Virus record (IMG/VR): IMGVR_UViG_3300042898_004347
Span: 64,001 to 128,000 of that record
Source: a virus
DNA: 64,000 nt
Strand: one strand, 5' to 3'
The notes under the pieces were generated by a model, which saw only the letters and a program-made list of their open reading frames with translations, made no database searches and was not told the origin of the DNA. Numbering within the stretch: the first letter of the stretch is position 1; each line of letters starts with the position of its first letter. Made by a program: the position numbers and the translations under genes. This document shows, piece by piece, positions 15,096 to 25,211 of the stretch.

Positions 15096-16067
15096 TTAAA
15101 ATAGATCAGATTGACTGAAGCTCTGCCCTTTCTTGGAATACTCAATGGGACGTGAATGGAAGAAGTCCGTCATATTGTTGCCTAGAATCTGTTCATCGAA
15201 CCAAACGGTTTTCTTGACCATTTCTTTATCAACTTCAAATAGCTTCTCAAAGCCAATCTGAACCAATGATTCATTCATACGGTTCTTGATGAACTCACGA
15301 AGTAAAGGCGTGTTGAGGCTTTCAACACTGTAACCATTCACGATCCAATCAATGATCTTGCACTCATATTCAATGGCGAGAAGGGACTCGGAGATAATCT
15401 TCTCATTGAGCTCAGCATCAAATAATTCAGGATGTTCATCGCGAATGGTATTGATGAGCTTGATGCCAATCATGGCATGAAGATTCTCCTCACGAGAAGT
15501 GTACTCCACCTGCTTGTTCGTATCCTTCAGAAGATTGCGGAAACGACCAAAGTAACTAATGGTGTAGAACTGACTAAAGAGTGCGATGTTCTCAACAAAC
15601 AACGTGAAGAGAATCAGAGAATAAACGAACTGCTTCTTTTTGTCCGGAGTAAATGGCTGGAGGTACTTGCGAAGATATGTCACGCGACCCCGGATAATAT
15701 CTTCTTGGAGAATACGATCAAATGAGTCATCAATGCCCAGAACGTCAAGAAGGCGTTCATATGCATCTCCATGGACCACCTCAGAATTTGCCATGACATA
15801 ACCCAGATCCGTGATAGTAGGATGTGGAAGATTTTCTCCAACCCTGGCCCAGAACTTCTTCACGGAGATTTCTAGTTGGCCGATTGTGGAAAGAGCCCGC
15901 ACGATGATTTCACGTTCCTGAGGAGTGAGGGATACTTTATAATCCTGAATATCACTTTGGAAATTAAATTCCCGATGGGTCCAAAACCCATTCTGCATTG
16001 CCTCAATGTAAGCCTGTGTCCATGGATAATAATCAGGTTTACGTGAAATTTGTTCTTCGAAAATCAT
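15096..16067 (-). CDS. nrdB: Class I ribonucleotide reductase beta subunit
   Basis: EVVHGDAY, EENLH, DFF tail. Confidence 0.94.
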   Translation of the reverse strand: MIFEEQISRKPDYYPWTQAYIEAMQNGFWTHREFNFQSDIQDYKVSLTPQEREIIVRALSTIGQLEISVKKFWARVGENLPHPTITDLGYVMANSEVVHGDAYERLLDVLGIDDSFDRILQEDIIRGRVTYLRKYLQPFTPDKKKQFVYSLILFTLFVENIALFSQFYTISYFGRFRNLLKDTNKQVEYTSREENLHAMIGIKLINTIRDEHPELFDAELNEKIISESLLAIEYECKIIDWIVNGYSVESLNTPLLREFIKNRMNESLVQIGFEKLFEVDKEMVKKTVWFDEQILGNNMTDFFHSRPIEYSKKGQSFSQSDLF

Positions 16068-16232
16068 AATTGGTTAAAGATTGATTGTAGGTTAAGTCCA
16101 GATCTAAGGTCGAGTATTATACTAACCTAACTATCTCGAACTGTACACACCAAAATAAATGATAACGAAGTTATGTGTGGTAGCCTATCTATACCAAGGG
16201 ACACTTCCAGCCCCTAACTATTTTATTTATTT

Positions 16233-16550
16233 TTAGCCCCTACGGATCGCTCTTAAAGCTCCGTTATCCGAATTGCGAAGAACAATCACATGGTTAGGAT
16301 TCTTCTTGGCGTATTCATAAATGCTGGTGTGACCTTCATTTTGCATATCAAGGTACTTGGACCAATGTTCAAACTTAACTTTACCAGATTCAAATTTACG
16401 AAATAATTGTGAGTCAACGTCGAATGACTTATATTTACGGCGCATAAGACCACCAGATGTTGGTGGCATGGCAATATTTTCGCTATCACCCGTTACATTT
16501 ACGGGAGTTGCTACCGCATCTTCTGCAACACTTTCTAGGAATGATTTCAT
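16233..16550 (-). CDS. Conserved T4-like virion-associated protein
   Basis: MKSFLE N-terminus; located in late block. Confidence 0.65.
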   Translation of the reverse strand: MKSFLESVAEDAVATPVNVTGDSENIAMPPTSGGLMRRKYKSFDVDSQLFRKFESGKVKFEHWSKYLDMQNEGHTSIYEYAKKNPNHVIVLRNSDNGALRAIRRG

Positions 16551-17137
16551 CGTGTGATATCCTCGGTGGAAATGTAAATATGCTGATTCGTGGATTCGTG
16601 TAGAACTTTAAAAATTGGAGTGCCCAGAAATTTACCTGATGGGACGATTGCTTCTGCCACTTTAATCTTGCTACCTTTATGAGCAAGAAATTCAGCAGTA
16701 TGAATCAACGCGGTATCGCAACGGAGAGTATAACGACCCGGCTGGAGTTCTCCATTCTTCGTGAGAAACCAGGTGTTTTCATTTAAAACCATGTCAACCT
16801 CAACATCCTCGAGACGCTCGAAGATTTTCTGAAGTCCCTTCTCGGACATTCCAGTTTCCTCCTTGATGAGATAGAGTGCCGCAGCATAAGAGGCAATACG
16901 AGTGCGCCCGAATGGAAGCTTATTCAATAGTTTCTTAATATTGAATACCAGTCGGTGAAACATCGTGTAGGATGACTTTTCCTCCGATGTTTTGAGTTCC
17001 GAAGCTTTCTTTAGAATATTACCTTCTTTGTCAACGATGCCATACTTAAAGGCCTCCATTTTTTCCCACGGAGTGACAAGGATTTTTAAGAATCGAAAGG
17101 TATAATAGAGGTCCGCGGTCCTTGAAATGATGCTCAT
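16547..17137 (-). CDS. Conserved T4-like structural protein
   Basis: YTFRFLK.L.TPW...GIVDKEG...YT.FHRLVFNIK family motif. Confidence 0.75.
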   Translation of the reverse strand: MSIISRTADLYYTFRFLKILVTPWEKMEAFKYGIVDKEGNILKKASELKTSEEKSSYTMFHRLVFNIKKLLNKLPFGRTRIASYAAALYLIKEETGMSEKGLQKIFERLEDVEVDMVLNENTWFLTKNGELQPGRYTLRCDTALIHTAEFLAHKGSKIKVAEAIVPSGKFLGTPIFKVLHESTNQHIYISTEDITR

Positions 17138-17502
17138 AGTGATCTGAGAGTTTTTACAATGTATTCGTCCAGGGGAATTTCTACTTTTTCTTTTTCGGGT
17201 AGGTAATTAAGAAAGACCAAAAAGGGTTTTAATGAAGGCCATAACTCTTTTTCGATCTTGTAGAAGACCATGCGATTTGAAGCTTCGATTCCGAATACGT
17301 TATAGAGAACAATGAGGTGGTTAAGAACGAGTCTTTCTTGAATAAGTCCCGACTGCTGATACTTTCTCAGAAGCCTTTTGATGTATTTGAATCGGGCTAG
17401 ATCATCATAAAATTCTTCAATGTCCAAACACTGAGGGTTATTATAATTTTTAGAGGCGAATAGTAGGAAATTTTCTTCGGTTAGATCGTCAAATATTCTC
17501 AT
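17134..17502 (-). CDS. Conserved T4-like hypothetical protein
   Basis: FKYIKRLL...RLVLNHLIVLYNVFG. Confidence 0.78.
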   Translation of the reverse strand: MRIFDDLTEENFLLFASKNYNNPQCLDIEEFYDDLARFKYIKRLLRKYQQSGLIQERLVLNHLIVLYNVFGIEASNRMVFYKIEKELWPSLKPFLVFLNYLPEKEKVEIPLDEYIVKTLRSL

Positions 17503-17517
17503 TATGTATATATGTCA

Positions 17518-17943
17518 TTAGCAGTTCCATTTCCTAAGAGCCAGAGCCTTTCGGCTTGGTTCTCCATTGGGCTTCTTCATTGGCCCTTTCACCCCGGACA
17601 TGCGGGCGCAGAATGACTTGCGGCGATTTGCGGCCTTGCTGCCCTTCTTTAATTTAGAAGGAGATGTTGTTACCGGAGCTTTAAGATTACCGCCCGTCTT
17701 GCGATTATAATGATCCCGACCTTTCTGAGTTAAACCGCCCGTGGAGCTTTTGTGCCCTTTAGCATCAATTGCAGCCTCGAGAAGTTCATGATCGTCTACG
17801 GATTCAAAATCTTCCCAGATCACATCAGAGTCTACGCCGTTCTTTTCGGCAATATTCTCGACCATTTCTTCGATGATATCAAACTGCGATTCAAGGAGAG
17901 CCGTCTCTTCAAGAAATTGACGATATACCGAAAATGGATTCAT
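17518..17943 (-). CDS. DUF6321-like basic head protein
   Basis: GGLTQKGR...RRKSFCARMSG...ALRKWNC. Confidence 0.75.
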   Translation of the reverse strand: MNPFSVYRQFLEETALLESQFDIIEEMVENIAEKNGVDSDVIWEDFESVDDHELLEAAIDAKGHKSSTGGLTQKGRDHYNRKTGGNLKAPVTTSPSKLKKGSKAANRRKSFCARMSGVKGPMKKPNGEPSRKALALRKWNC

Positions 17944-17947
17944 TCAC

Positions 17948-18331
17948 TTATAGCGCCGATTTAACAATTTTATTGACAATCTGCTGTTTGTTTTCTTTGC
18001 CACTAAGCTTGACACCTTCATTCTCAGCAATCACTTGAAGTTCTAATTTAGAAAGACCCTTGAGTTGTGCCTTCGTGCGAACAGGTTCAGCTGATTCTTC
18101 TTGGCTTTCTTCAACCGCAACTGGTTCTACTGCAGCAGGCTCGAGCAGATCTTCTTCATAGGAAGACTGAGGAACTGCTACTTCGGTATTGCACGTGCAT
18201 TCTTCTTCGTGACAAGGCATCTTTTGAACATCCTTGTTAGCGTCTAGTCTATAATAATAGTCAGGCTTCTGGTTAAAGAGACCGATAAAGTCTGCCCAAT
18301 GTAGTTTAATGGATTCAATCAATGATTTCAT
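17948..18331 (-). CDS. Hypothetical protein with C-terminal Rho_N/SAP-like helix pair
   Basis: LKGLSKLELQVIA...NKQQIV. Confidence 0.6.
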   Translation of the reverse strand: MKSLIESIKLHWADFIGLFNQKPDYYYRLDANKDVQKMPCHEEECTCNTEVAVPQSSYEEDLLEPAAVEPVAVEESQEESAEPVRTKAQLKGLSKLELQVIAENEGVKLSGKENKQQIVNKIVKSAL

Positions 18332-18350
18332 ATAGGTGTTGGTTTAAGTA

Positions 18351-19556
18351 CTATTTTAATTTAACAGGAGAATCAACAATGGCAACCTTTGGAAGAGCAG
18401 CTGATGAATTGGCAGGAGCTGGTTTTTCAGCAGAATCAAGTTTATCCGCGCCGTCTTGCGCAGCAGTTGGAAGCATGTCTACAACTTCTGTTTCATCATC
18501 AGCATCATCTTTCATTTTCTGTGTTGCAGGATCCATGACTTCTGGACCCGCTTCTGCATCAGCCGCGGTACCTTCCTCAACTGATTTCTTTCCGTAGTGT
18601 TTTGCTGCTGCATCGCTTGCCTCTCTGTCTTGATCTGCCGAAACAAGATGAAGCATATGATGGTTGTACATACTCCGATGGAATTCATGATGGATATTAG
18701 CTGCACTTCGAATCTGTGGATCGCCTGCGTGGTGAGCGTACACGCGATAGTGTTCTGCTGCTAGATTGTGAGCATGCTGAGCATCCTCATGATGCGTGTC
18801 CGACCCGGACGAGTGAGCCAGGGCGGTTAACCCGTTTGCTTTGTTAGTGAGGTTATGTGCATGAGGATCTCCTGCAACATTCTCATTGACCATTGAAGCA
18901 TAGGTAGCAGCAACGGAAGCAATAGTTTGTTCGCCGGTCATTTTTGGCTTCTCATCTTCATCCTTCTCATCTTCTTTGTCTGCATCCTGATCGTTTGGCT
19001 CGTCCATGCCATCAGCATCGGGTTCTGCATCTTTCTCATCAGAATCTTCTTCCTTTTCTTCACTGCGGAGTTTCTTTAGATCATCTCCATCAACCTTGCC
19101 GTTTTTATTGACATCAAGCTTATGCTGATTGCCGACAAGCTCTTCTTCTACTTTGTCATCATCGAGTTTTGGCATTTCGTCAGCCTTTACTTCTTTCTCG
19201 TCGTGATTGTCCATCTTAATCTCTTCTGCATCCTCTTCCTTAACTTCCGCAGGAACTTCATCAGAAGGTTGCTTTGGTGCATTTTCTACTCCTGCGTCCT
19301 GAATCTTCTTGGCCTGGCCTTGATCTTCTTCCGAGGCCTCTTCCTTGATGCTCTTGATACCGTATTTCTTACCATTAAATTCAAAAGAAGCTTTCTTAGA
19401 ATTAGCAGCTTCAGTCACAGCCTGAACGAATGCAGTTACATTCTCTTCAGTAATTGATGTGGGTACCCATTTTGGACGAGCACCTGATGCTGCGGCTTTG
19501 GGCTTGAGCATTGCGAGGTATGATTCTGCGACTGACTGAAGTGATTTTAAGTTCAT
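18351..19556 (-). CDS. Acidic modular internal-head protein
   Basis: EELVGNQHKLDVNKNGKVDGDDLKKLR EF-hand-like module, His-rich module, many xxE sites. Confidence 0.7.
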   Translation of the reverse strand: MNLKSLQSVAESYLAMLKPKAAASGARPKWVPTSITEENVTAFVQAVTEAANSKKASFEFNGKKYGIKSIKEEASEEDQGQAKKIQDAGVENAPKQPSDEVPAEVKEEDAEEIKMDNHDEKEVKADEMPKLDDDKVEEELVGNQHKLDVNKNGKVDGDDLKKLRSEEKEEDSDEKDAEPDADGMDEPNDQDADKEDEKDEDEKPKMTGEQTIASVAATYASMVNENVAGDPHAHNLTNKANGLTALAHSSGSDTHHEDAQHAHNLAAEHYRVYAHHAGDPQIRSAANIHHEFHRSMYNHHMLHLVSADQDREASDAAAKHYGKKSVEEGTAADAEAGPEVMDPATQKMKDDADDETEVVDMLPTAAQDGADKLDSAEKPAPANSSAALPKVAIVDSPVKLK

Positions 19557-19585
19557 GATTGTTTAAGAAGTGAAAGCTACCCTAT

Positions 19586-19933
19586 TTATAAGGCTTTAAT
19601 GTTATGGTTTGTACCGTAAAAGCCCTTTCCAGAAGCTGTACGATTTACTTGAAATTGATGGCCCGTGGCTTTATGAGTATAGATGGATGTACCGGATCCG
19701 CCAAAGCCTGATCGAGTATGATCCACGCTATAGTCGGAATGAAATTTTTCTGCATCTTTCTGATGTTTTTCTGTGGGGCTAGTGGAGTGCTCGTGTTTAT
19801 GCCCAGAAACATAATGTTTTGCAAACTCAGCTGATCCTGCATCGTGTTCAACCCGATCGTCTGGGCTTAAGTTATATGCTTCGGCCATCTGATTATATTC
19901 AGAAACAAGAGAACGAATAAGTTGTGGTTTCAT
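19586..19933 (-). CDS. His-rich hypothetical (internal-head candidate)
   Basis: ORF in late block. Confidence 0.65.
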   Translation of the reverse strand: MKPQLIRSLVSEYNQMAEAYNLSPDDRVEHDAGSAEFAKHYVSGHKHEHSTSPTEKHQKDAEKFHSDYSVDHTRSGFGGSGTSIYTHKATGHQFQVNRTASGKGFYGTNHNIKAL

Positions 19934-19938
19934 ATGAA

Positions 19939-20238
19939 TTAGGGTTGGCGCATTAAATACGCGCCGATGAGAGTTGCAATGGTGCCGGAAAGAGCGATCC
20001 AGAAGATTCGATTGATTGCGGAGATTGTCGTTGAATTCTCGCTCAATGTTCGTTCCGTCTTTTCCATCCGTTCTTCTAACTTGATCATTTTGCCCATGAG
20101 AAATTTCTTATCTCCTTCAAGTTGCAGCAGCTTTTCTTCAGCTCGCGCCAGGGAGATGATCGCTTCCGCAAGTTTATCGATTTTGGCTTCAATGCGATCG
20201 AGGCGGTGGTCATTTTCAATTGATTTTGGAGAGGCCAT
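19939..20238 (-). CDS. Coiled-coil protein with C-terminal TM (XhlA/hemolysin-like)
   Basis: RLDRIEAKIDKL..ARAEEK, hydrophobic C-terminus. Confidence 0.65.
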   Translation of the reverse strand: MASPKSIENDHRLDRIEAKIDKLAEAIISLARAEEKLLQLEGDKKFLMGKMIKLEERMEKTERTLSENSTTISAINRIFWIALSGTIATLIGAYLMRQP

Positions 20239-20249
20239 AATTGTTGCGG

Positions 20250-21956
20250 TTATTTACGAATGACTGAGGAGCGAACCTTTGCGAATACGCTAGTGTCTCC
20301 AGTTATAATTGATATGAGACTCTGTAATAGCTCGAAGAGTGCCATTTTCTCAGCAATGTTATTAATTGGCATTTCGGTATCAAGCTTCTTGATTGCACGA
20401 GAAATAGTAGGAAGACTTTGCCGATCAAGGAGACCGAGGCGAATTAGAGCCTGGAGACGAGCCAAGGATTTCTTGTCATCATCCGACATTCCTGCAGTTT
20501 CTTCACCATCCTCGGTTTCCTCTGCAATGACCGATTCATCCATCGGAGTATCTTTGTCAGCTGCATCGTACTTCTCATCCTGAAGATCCTCATCATATTC
20601 GACATAGGAATGTACGTCATCTAATTCGTTATATGCAGTCGTGATCTTGTTTTGAATCCATGCCTCGAGTTCATCCTCGTCATCCATGGCTGCTGCAAGG
20701 TCTTTTGCCATGTCCACTACCTTAAGGAGCTGACTCTTTGCCATTGAAACTTCTTCCGAACCATCTGTTTCTTTTGTAGCTTCTGTTACTTCGACCGATT
20801 CATTCTTCAACTTTGAGACAATTGCAAGATGAAATTGCTGAGCCTGCTTGTCTCCACGTTTTTCAGCAGCGATTGCTTCCTGAGAATGTTGTGTGATCTT
20901 TGCATTCTTCTTTAAATCGATGGCCTCGGCAATTTCAACAGCCTCGTTCATATGTTTCTTGATGAGACGGTGAGCCATGAACTTATGCATAACTACCTGT
21001 TTATCGTGCTGCTTCACCATTGTCTCATGAGGAGTTAAATCTGCCGCGGAGGCTTTGTTACGAATGAGTTTATCCAGCTTCCGAGAATGAGAATTAGAAG
21101 CCTTCTCATGAGAATTTGCAGCCTTGATATGAGTGGAAATCGAAGGATTGTCCTTGGCCGCCTGAGAATGCATTGCGGCGGTACCGCTATGCTGCTTATA
21201 TCCGCTCGCCTCATTTAAATCAGTGCCACTTGCGCTATTGACATTTTCACCAATTTTTACTACTGGCTTCTTTGCGTTCTCCGCATCGCGCTTCTTGGCA
21301 ACTTCGAACTTGGCGTCCATGTGTTTATGAAACGCGTCATTGTCTCCTGCTTTCTTTGCAGCCTGAGCAGCATCATGATGCATTGCCATATCTTCTGATG
21401 CACCTTCTTTTGGTACGCAATTTGGAACTTTGCGGCCGTCTTTCATTTTCATGCCGACTTGTTTATAATCGCTCCAGCAAGCTTCATCAACTTCTTCATG
21501 CATTGGTTGACTATCCCATACTGTAAACTTTCCATTCGGATGAGCCTTCTGATGAAGAGACATCGCCTGATGATCAGCATCATTTTGATTCTTTGCTTTG
21601 ACAACATACTCATGTTTCTTTTCGCCCTCAGGATGTTCATGAGCAAATGTAACTTTAAAATTATTTTCCTCAGTCACATTAGAACTCTGGCCAGGAGTTG
21701 CATTCTTGTACTTGTTCGTTAACTCTGCGGTACCGAATTCTCCTGCGCCGTGTTCTTCTTCTTTCACTAGATTCTTATAGAGCCCACCCGGACCAGCAAG
21801 ACTTTTCTTGGCTGGCTTCTTCCATTTAGAATCAAATTCTGATTTAGACATGGCTCCAGCGTTAACGCGGGCCATATCCGAGCTCTTTTTCTTTGATGCT
21901 TCATCAATGTGTTCTTCAGCAAGCGCGGCGGAACGAATTTGTTTGAGGTTTTTCAT
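20250..21956 (-). CDS. Large modular internal-head polyprotein-like protein
   Basis: CWSDYKQVGMK..VPNCVP and MAKSQL..LEAWIQNKIT modules separated by V/LxE sites. Confidence 0.7.
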   Translation of the reverse strand: MKNLKQIRSAALAEEHIDEASKKKSSDMARVNAGAMSKSEFDSKWKKPAKKSLAGPGGLYKNLVKEEEHGAGEFGTAELTNKYKNATPGQSSNVTEENNFKVTFAHEHPEGEKKHEYVVKAKNQNDADHQAMSLHQKAHPNGKFTVWDSQPMHEEVDEACWSDYKQVGMKMKDGRKVPNCVPKEGASEDMAMHHDAAQAAKKAGDNDAFHKHMDAKFEVAKKRDAENAKKPVVKIGENVNSASGTDLNEASGYKQHSGTAAMHSQAAKDNPSISTHIKAANSHEKASNSHSRKLDKLIRNKASAADLTPHETMVKQHDKQVVMHKFMAHRLIKKHMNEAVEIAEAIDLKKNAKITQHSQEAIAAEKRGDKQAQQFHLAIVSKLKNESVEVTEATKETDGSEEVSMAKSQLLKVVDMAKDLAAAMDDEDELEAWIQNKITTAYNELDDVHSYVEYDEDLQDEKYDAADKDTPMDESVIAEETEDGEETAGMSDDDKKSLARLQALIRLGLLDRQSLPTISRAIKKLDTEMPINNIAEKMALFELLQSLISIITGDTSVFAKVRSSVIRK

Positions 21957-22879
21957 GCGATTCTATTTTTACGGATTAAGCTAATTGGTGTTCCCTGGAG
22001 AGAAGGGGTGCGCACCGCAATCTCGGGAGATGATGTTAAAATGACTGGAAGTAATTGGCTTTCAAGAGTGATCTCTTTCTTTTCAAGGAGTTCAACCGCG
22101 GATAACCATTTACGAACTTTCTTTCCATCATTGAGTTCAACGATGAGGTAGTTGGATCCACAGTGAGTGATCTTGCCGAGTTCCTCGGATTCTTTAATGA
22201 CTACTTCATTGCCAACTTCAAATAAGTTTCCGGAGACGTAGGCCTCTCTGCGGTCACCCACAGATTCAAGTTGAATGTGTTTACGGAAGTTGCGAGACTC
22301 TTTGAGACCCATGCCATTTCGAACAGCATTAAAGAGTTCTTCGTGATCCTGGAAAGAAGAAGGGAGATTTTTTGCAAACGCCTCAAGATCATTCGACTTT
22401 GCGGCAGTATGCATTGCCGACTCGGATAGCTGCAGTGAGGAATTCTCAGATCCAACAACCTTGACACCTTCTTTAAAATTATAAAAGCCGTCATTTGTTT
22501 GAACACCGTTATGTCCATTAAGCAAAGCCTCAAATTCAAGGACGCGTGAATTTTCCGCCATCATTGTTACGCGAGTAAATCCCTGTTCGTATAATTTCGA
22601 ACATATTGAGAACACCGTGTTCACATCATCGCTCATTACATTTCGCGCATATTTCGGAAACACTTTGCGCATCCATTTTACCTTCTCTTCCAACTTTAGT
22701 GGATTCTTTTTGGCGTCTTCAAAGTGAGAACTGTAAATTCGATAGGCTGATCCCGCTGCAATTTCTGCGACTTGTTCAAGCAGTTTTTCGTGGGCTATTG
22801 TTGGAGGATTGAATCGCTCAAATACGAATACAACATCCTTGGGCGTTAGATCACTTACAAATTGTGTAAAGGACTTCAT
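21953..22879 (-). CDS. Cytidylyltransferase-like (HxGH fold) virion protein, degenerate
   Basis: FERFNPPTIAH, KKNPL; C-terminal REAY..GNLF.VG SH3-like domain. Confidence 0.8.
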   Translation of the reverse strand: MKSFTQFVSDLTPKDVVFVFERFNPPTIAHEKLLEQVAEIAAGSAYRIYSSHFEDAKKNPLKLEEKVKWMRKVFPKYARNVMSDDVNTVFSICSKLYEQGFTRVTMMAENSRVLEFEALLNGHNGVQTNDGFYNFKEGVKVVGSENSSLQLSESAMHTAAKSNDLEAFAKNLPSSFQDHEELFNAVRNGMGLKESRNFRKHIQLESVGDRREAYVSGNLFEVGNEVVIKESEELGKITHCGSNYLIVELNDGKKVRKWLSAVELLEKKEITLESQLLPVILTSSPEIAVRTPSLQGTPISLIRKNRIA

Positions 22880-22882
22880 TAA

Positions 22883-23458
22883 TTAGATTGTTCCCGTCTT
22901 CACATTGTGTTCAACGCCACCGGCTCCAATATCAGCAATACGATAGCCCATTGGCTTCGTTACAGAAACCTTGACCATGGGTTTTTTCTTGAGACGGTTC
23001 CGCTTCTTTGTGCGGGCATCTGTTTCCTCTGCAAGACCAAAGTGTTTTGCCACGTGCGTGTCTCCGTGACGATGACGGAGGATATCGGCAATCATTCCTT
23101 TTTTACCGCCAACATCCGCGGGAGTATATTTTGATTGCACCTTTCCCTGAATGTCCCGATGAATCTTGTGGACTTCATCCGTGGATTTACCCATTAGGCT
23201 CTCGTGATCCTTTTTAATGTCGGCCTGTCTACGAGTATCAAGGGCATCGTTTGCTTCATCCACTGGCTTTGCCGCCTCAGCCTCTTTTACGTTATCCGCA
23301 ACCTTTAACTGTGGGTGCCGTGATTGCTTAAAGTTTGCCCGAATCTTCTCGGTGCCTTCTTCTGCAAGCGACCTCTTGCGTTTATACGCATAGAAATCTT
23401 GCATTTCGGTTTCGCCACCAGCATACTGGACTGTACTGAAATCTTTAAAACTGTACAT
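22883..23458 (-). CDS. Hypothetical internal-head candidate
   Basis: MYSFKDF N-terminus; late promoter near 23518-23525. Confidence 0.65.
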   Translation of the reverse strand: MYSFKDFSTVQYAGGETEMQDFYAYKRKRSLAEEGTEKIRANFKQSRHPQLKVADNVKEAEAAKPVDEANDALDTRRQADIKKDHESLMGKSTDEVHKIHRDIQGKVQSKYTPADVGGKKGMIADILRHRHGDTHVAKHFGLAEETDARTKKRNRLKKKPMVKVSVTKPMGYRIADIGAGGVEHNVKTGTI

Positions 23459-23567
23459 AATTGTTCGAGGTTCCCATTACCCGGAAAGTAGTTTTCCGAG
23501 TCGTTAATGTAGAATACTATTTATACTATCAACACTTTGAATTAGTGTAAACTATAAATATGTTCCT

Positions 23568-23876
23568 ATGCAATACTCAAAACATATTCTATCGGCAGTT
23601 GTTATTTCTGCCCTTCTCACCGGTTGCGGCACAGTCGATTCAGCTTATCAATCCACAAAGGGAATTGGTTCTGCTGCTATTGGTGGCGTTGGCAATATCG
23701 TAGGTAACGGAGCCTCCGATGCTTCCAAGACTCTTGGAGTTGCTTCGGATGCTGCTGGCAAAGTTGTCAGTGGCGCAGGCAAGGTTCTCGGTGGAGGTCT
23801 CGATCTCGTAGGTGGTGTCGTTAAAGGCACTTCCGATATCGTAGCTCCATCAGCTCCGGCTCCTAAGTCCTACTAA
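23568..23876 (+). CDS. Gly-rich lipoprotein
   Basis: Lipobox LLTGC; late promoter TATAAATA at 23553-23560. Confidence 0.8.
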   Translation: MQYSKHILSAVVISALLTGCGTVDSAYQSTKGIGSAAIGGVGNIVGNGASDASKTLGVASDAAGKVVSGAGKVLGGGLDLVGGVVKGTSDIVAPSAPAPKSY

Positions 23877-23900
23877 GACTGATTACAATTTAGCTCGATT

Positions 23901-23927
23901 AACCCTGAGAGAAATCTCGGGGTTTTT
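23901..23927 (+). terminator. Rho-independent terminator
   Basis: AACCCTGAGA-gaaa-TCTCGGGGTT followed by U's. Confidence 0.8.
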
Positions 23928-23969
23928 CATGAACGCAATAAGTTCGGATTATATAAATAGGATATCACT

Positions 23970-25211
23970 ATGTTTTATCTGGAATCTCTTCGCTCAATTG
24001 CCAATACGTATTTAGAAATGATTTTGGAAAGTGCAGAGCCGCAAAAGCTCAAGCATATCCATCATGCTGAAGACCGTCCGCTTTTGCACGGATCCCAAGG
24101 TTTTGAACATGCTCATTCTGCACTCATGCATGCACACGAGCATATGAAGGCGAAGAAGTCTAGCTCGGATCTAACGATGAAATACGATGGAGCTCCATCG
24201 ATTGTTTTCGGTCATCATCCGGTAACTAAGAAGTTTTTCGTTGCAACGAAGTCCGCTTTCAATAAAGATCCAAAGTTAGCACACACTCCGGCAGATGTGG
24301 ACAAACACTATGGTCACGCTCCGGGTCTTGCTAGCAAGTTAAAAACAGCTTTAAAGCATCTTCCAAAAATCACTCCGAAGCACGGAGTATATCAGGGAGA
24401 CGTTATGCACTCACGTGAGGATCATAAGTTGCATGAGGCAGTTTCTTTTACTCCAAATACCATTACCTATACGGCTCATGGAGACGAAGAGAAGAAAGTA
24501 AAACGTTCTCATGTTGGAGTTGTGGTGCATCAGCAGTATCATCCGAATCCTACAAAACCAGGATTCGAACATATGTCTGTCAGTGCACATCCAGACACTC
24601 ACAATTTTACTCAGCATCCTGACGTTCATATGAAGACGGCAGAACACGATACGAGCAAGATCGATTATCCTAAGCATGATCAGGATGCTTTCCATAAACA
24701 CATGGCAGCTGCAAAGGCGATCCATGACAAACATGGACCAAAGATGTATGCAGCAACCCAACGCCATCAGGGCGAAAGCGGCCATCTTGCCACATACATT
24801 AACCATACGGTTCGCCACGATCAAACTCCAAATGCGTCTGGATTTAAGTCTCATCTAGCGGCACATCATGAGAAGATTGCTAGCAAATTAAAAAGTTCAG
24901 GTGGAATTCAAAAGGCAAAAGCAACTGGCGCAGAACATGCAGCTCATGTTCAAAAGCATGCTGGACATTACAACAATCTGTTGGCAATGCATGGACATCT
25001 TGCAGCGGCAAAACACACTTTGGTTAGAAACCTAGAAAAGCATGAAGGTGGTCTGGACCATCATATCAACGGCATAAAGTCAAAACCAGAAGGATTCGTC
25101 ATTAACCATACGCACGCTGGACATACGGAACCAACTAAATTAGTGAATCGTTCAGAATTTGCAAAGGCGAATCTATTAAAGGTTAAACCTTGGGCTGCTA
25201 AAAAACCGTGA
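23970..25211 (+). CDS. DUF6267-like protein with ligase/capping-enzyme nucleotidyltransferase motifs, His-rich
   Basis: KYDG (motif I), YQGD (III), PEGFV (IV), TKLVNR (V); TATAAATA at 23952-23959. Confidence 0.7.
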   Translation: MFYLESLRSIANTYLEMILESAEPQKLKHIHHAEDRPLLHGSQGFEHAHSALMHAHEHMKAKKSSSDLTMKYDGAPSIVFGHHPVTKKFFVATKSAFNKDPKLAHTPADVDKHYGHAPGLASKLKTALKHLPKITPKHGVYQGDVMHSREDHKLHEAVSFTPNTITYTAHGDEEKKVKRSHVGVVVHQQYHPNPTKPGFEHMSVSAHPDTHNFTQHPDVHMKTAEHDTSKIDYPKHDQDAFHKHMAAAKAIHDKHGPKMYAATQRHQGESGHLATYINHTVRHDQTPNASGFKSHLAAHHEKIASKLKSSGGIQKAKATGAEHAAHVQKHAGHYNNLLAMHGHLAAAKHTLVRNLEKHEGGLDHHINGIKSKPEGFVINHTHAGHTEPTKLVNRSEFAKANLLKVKPWAAKKP

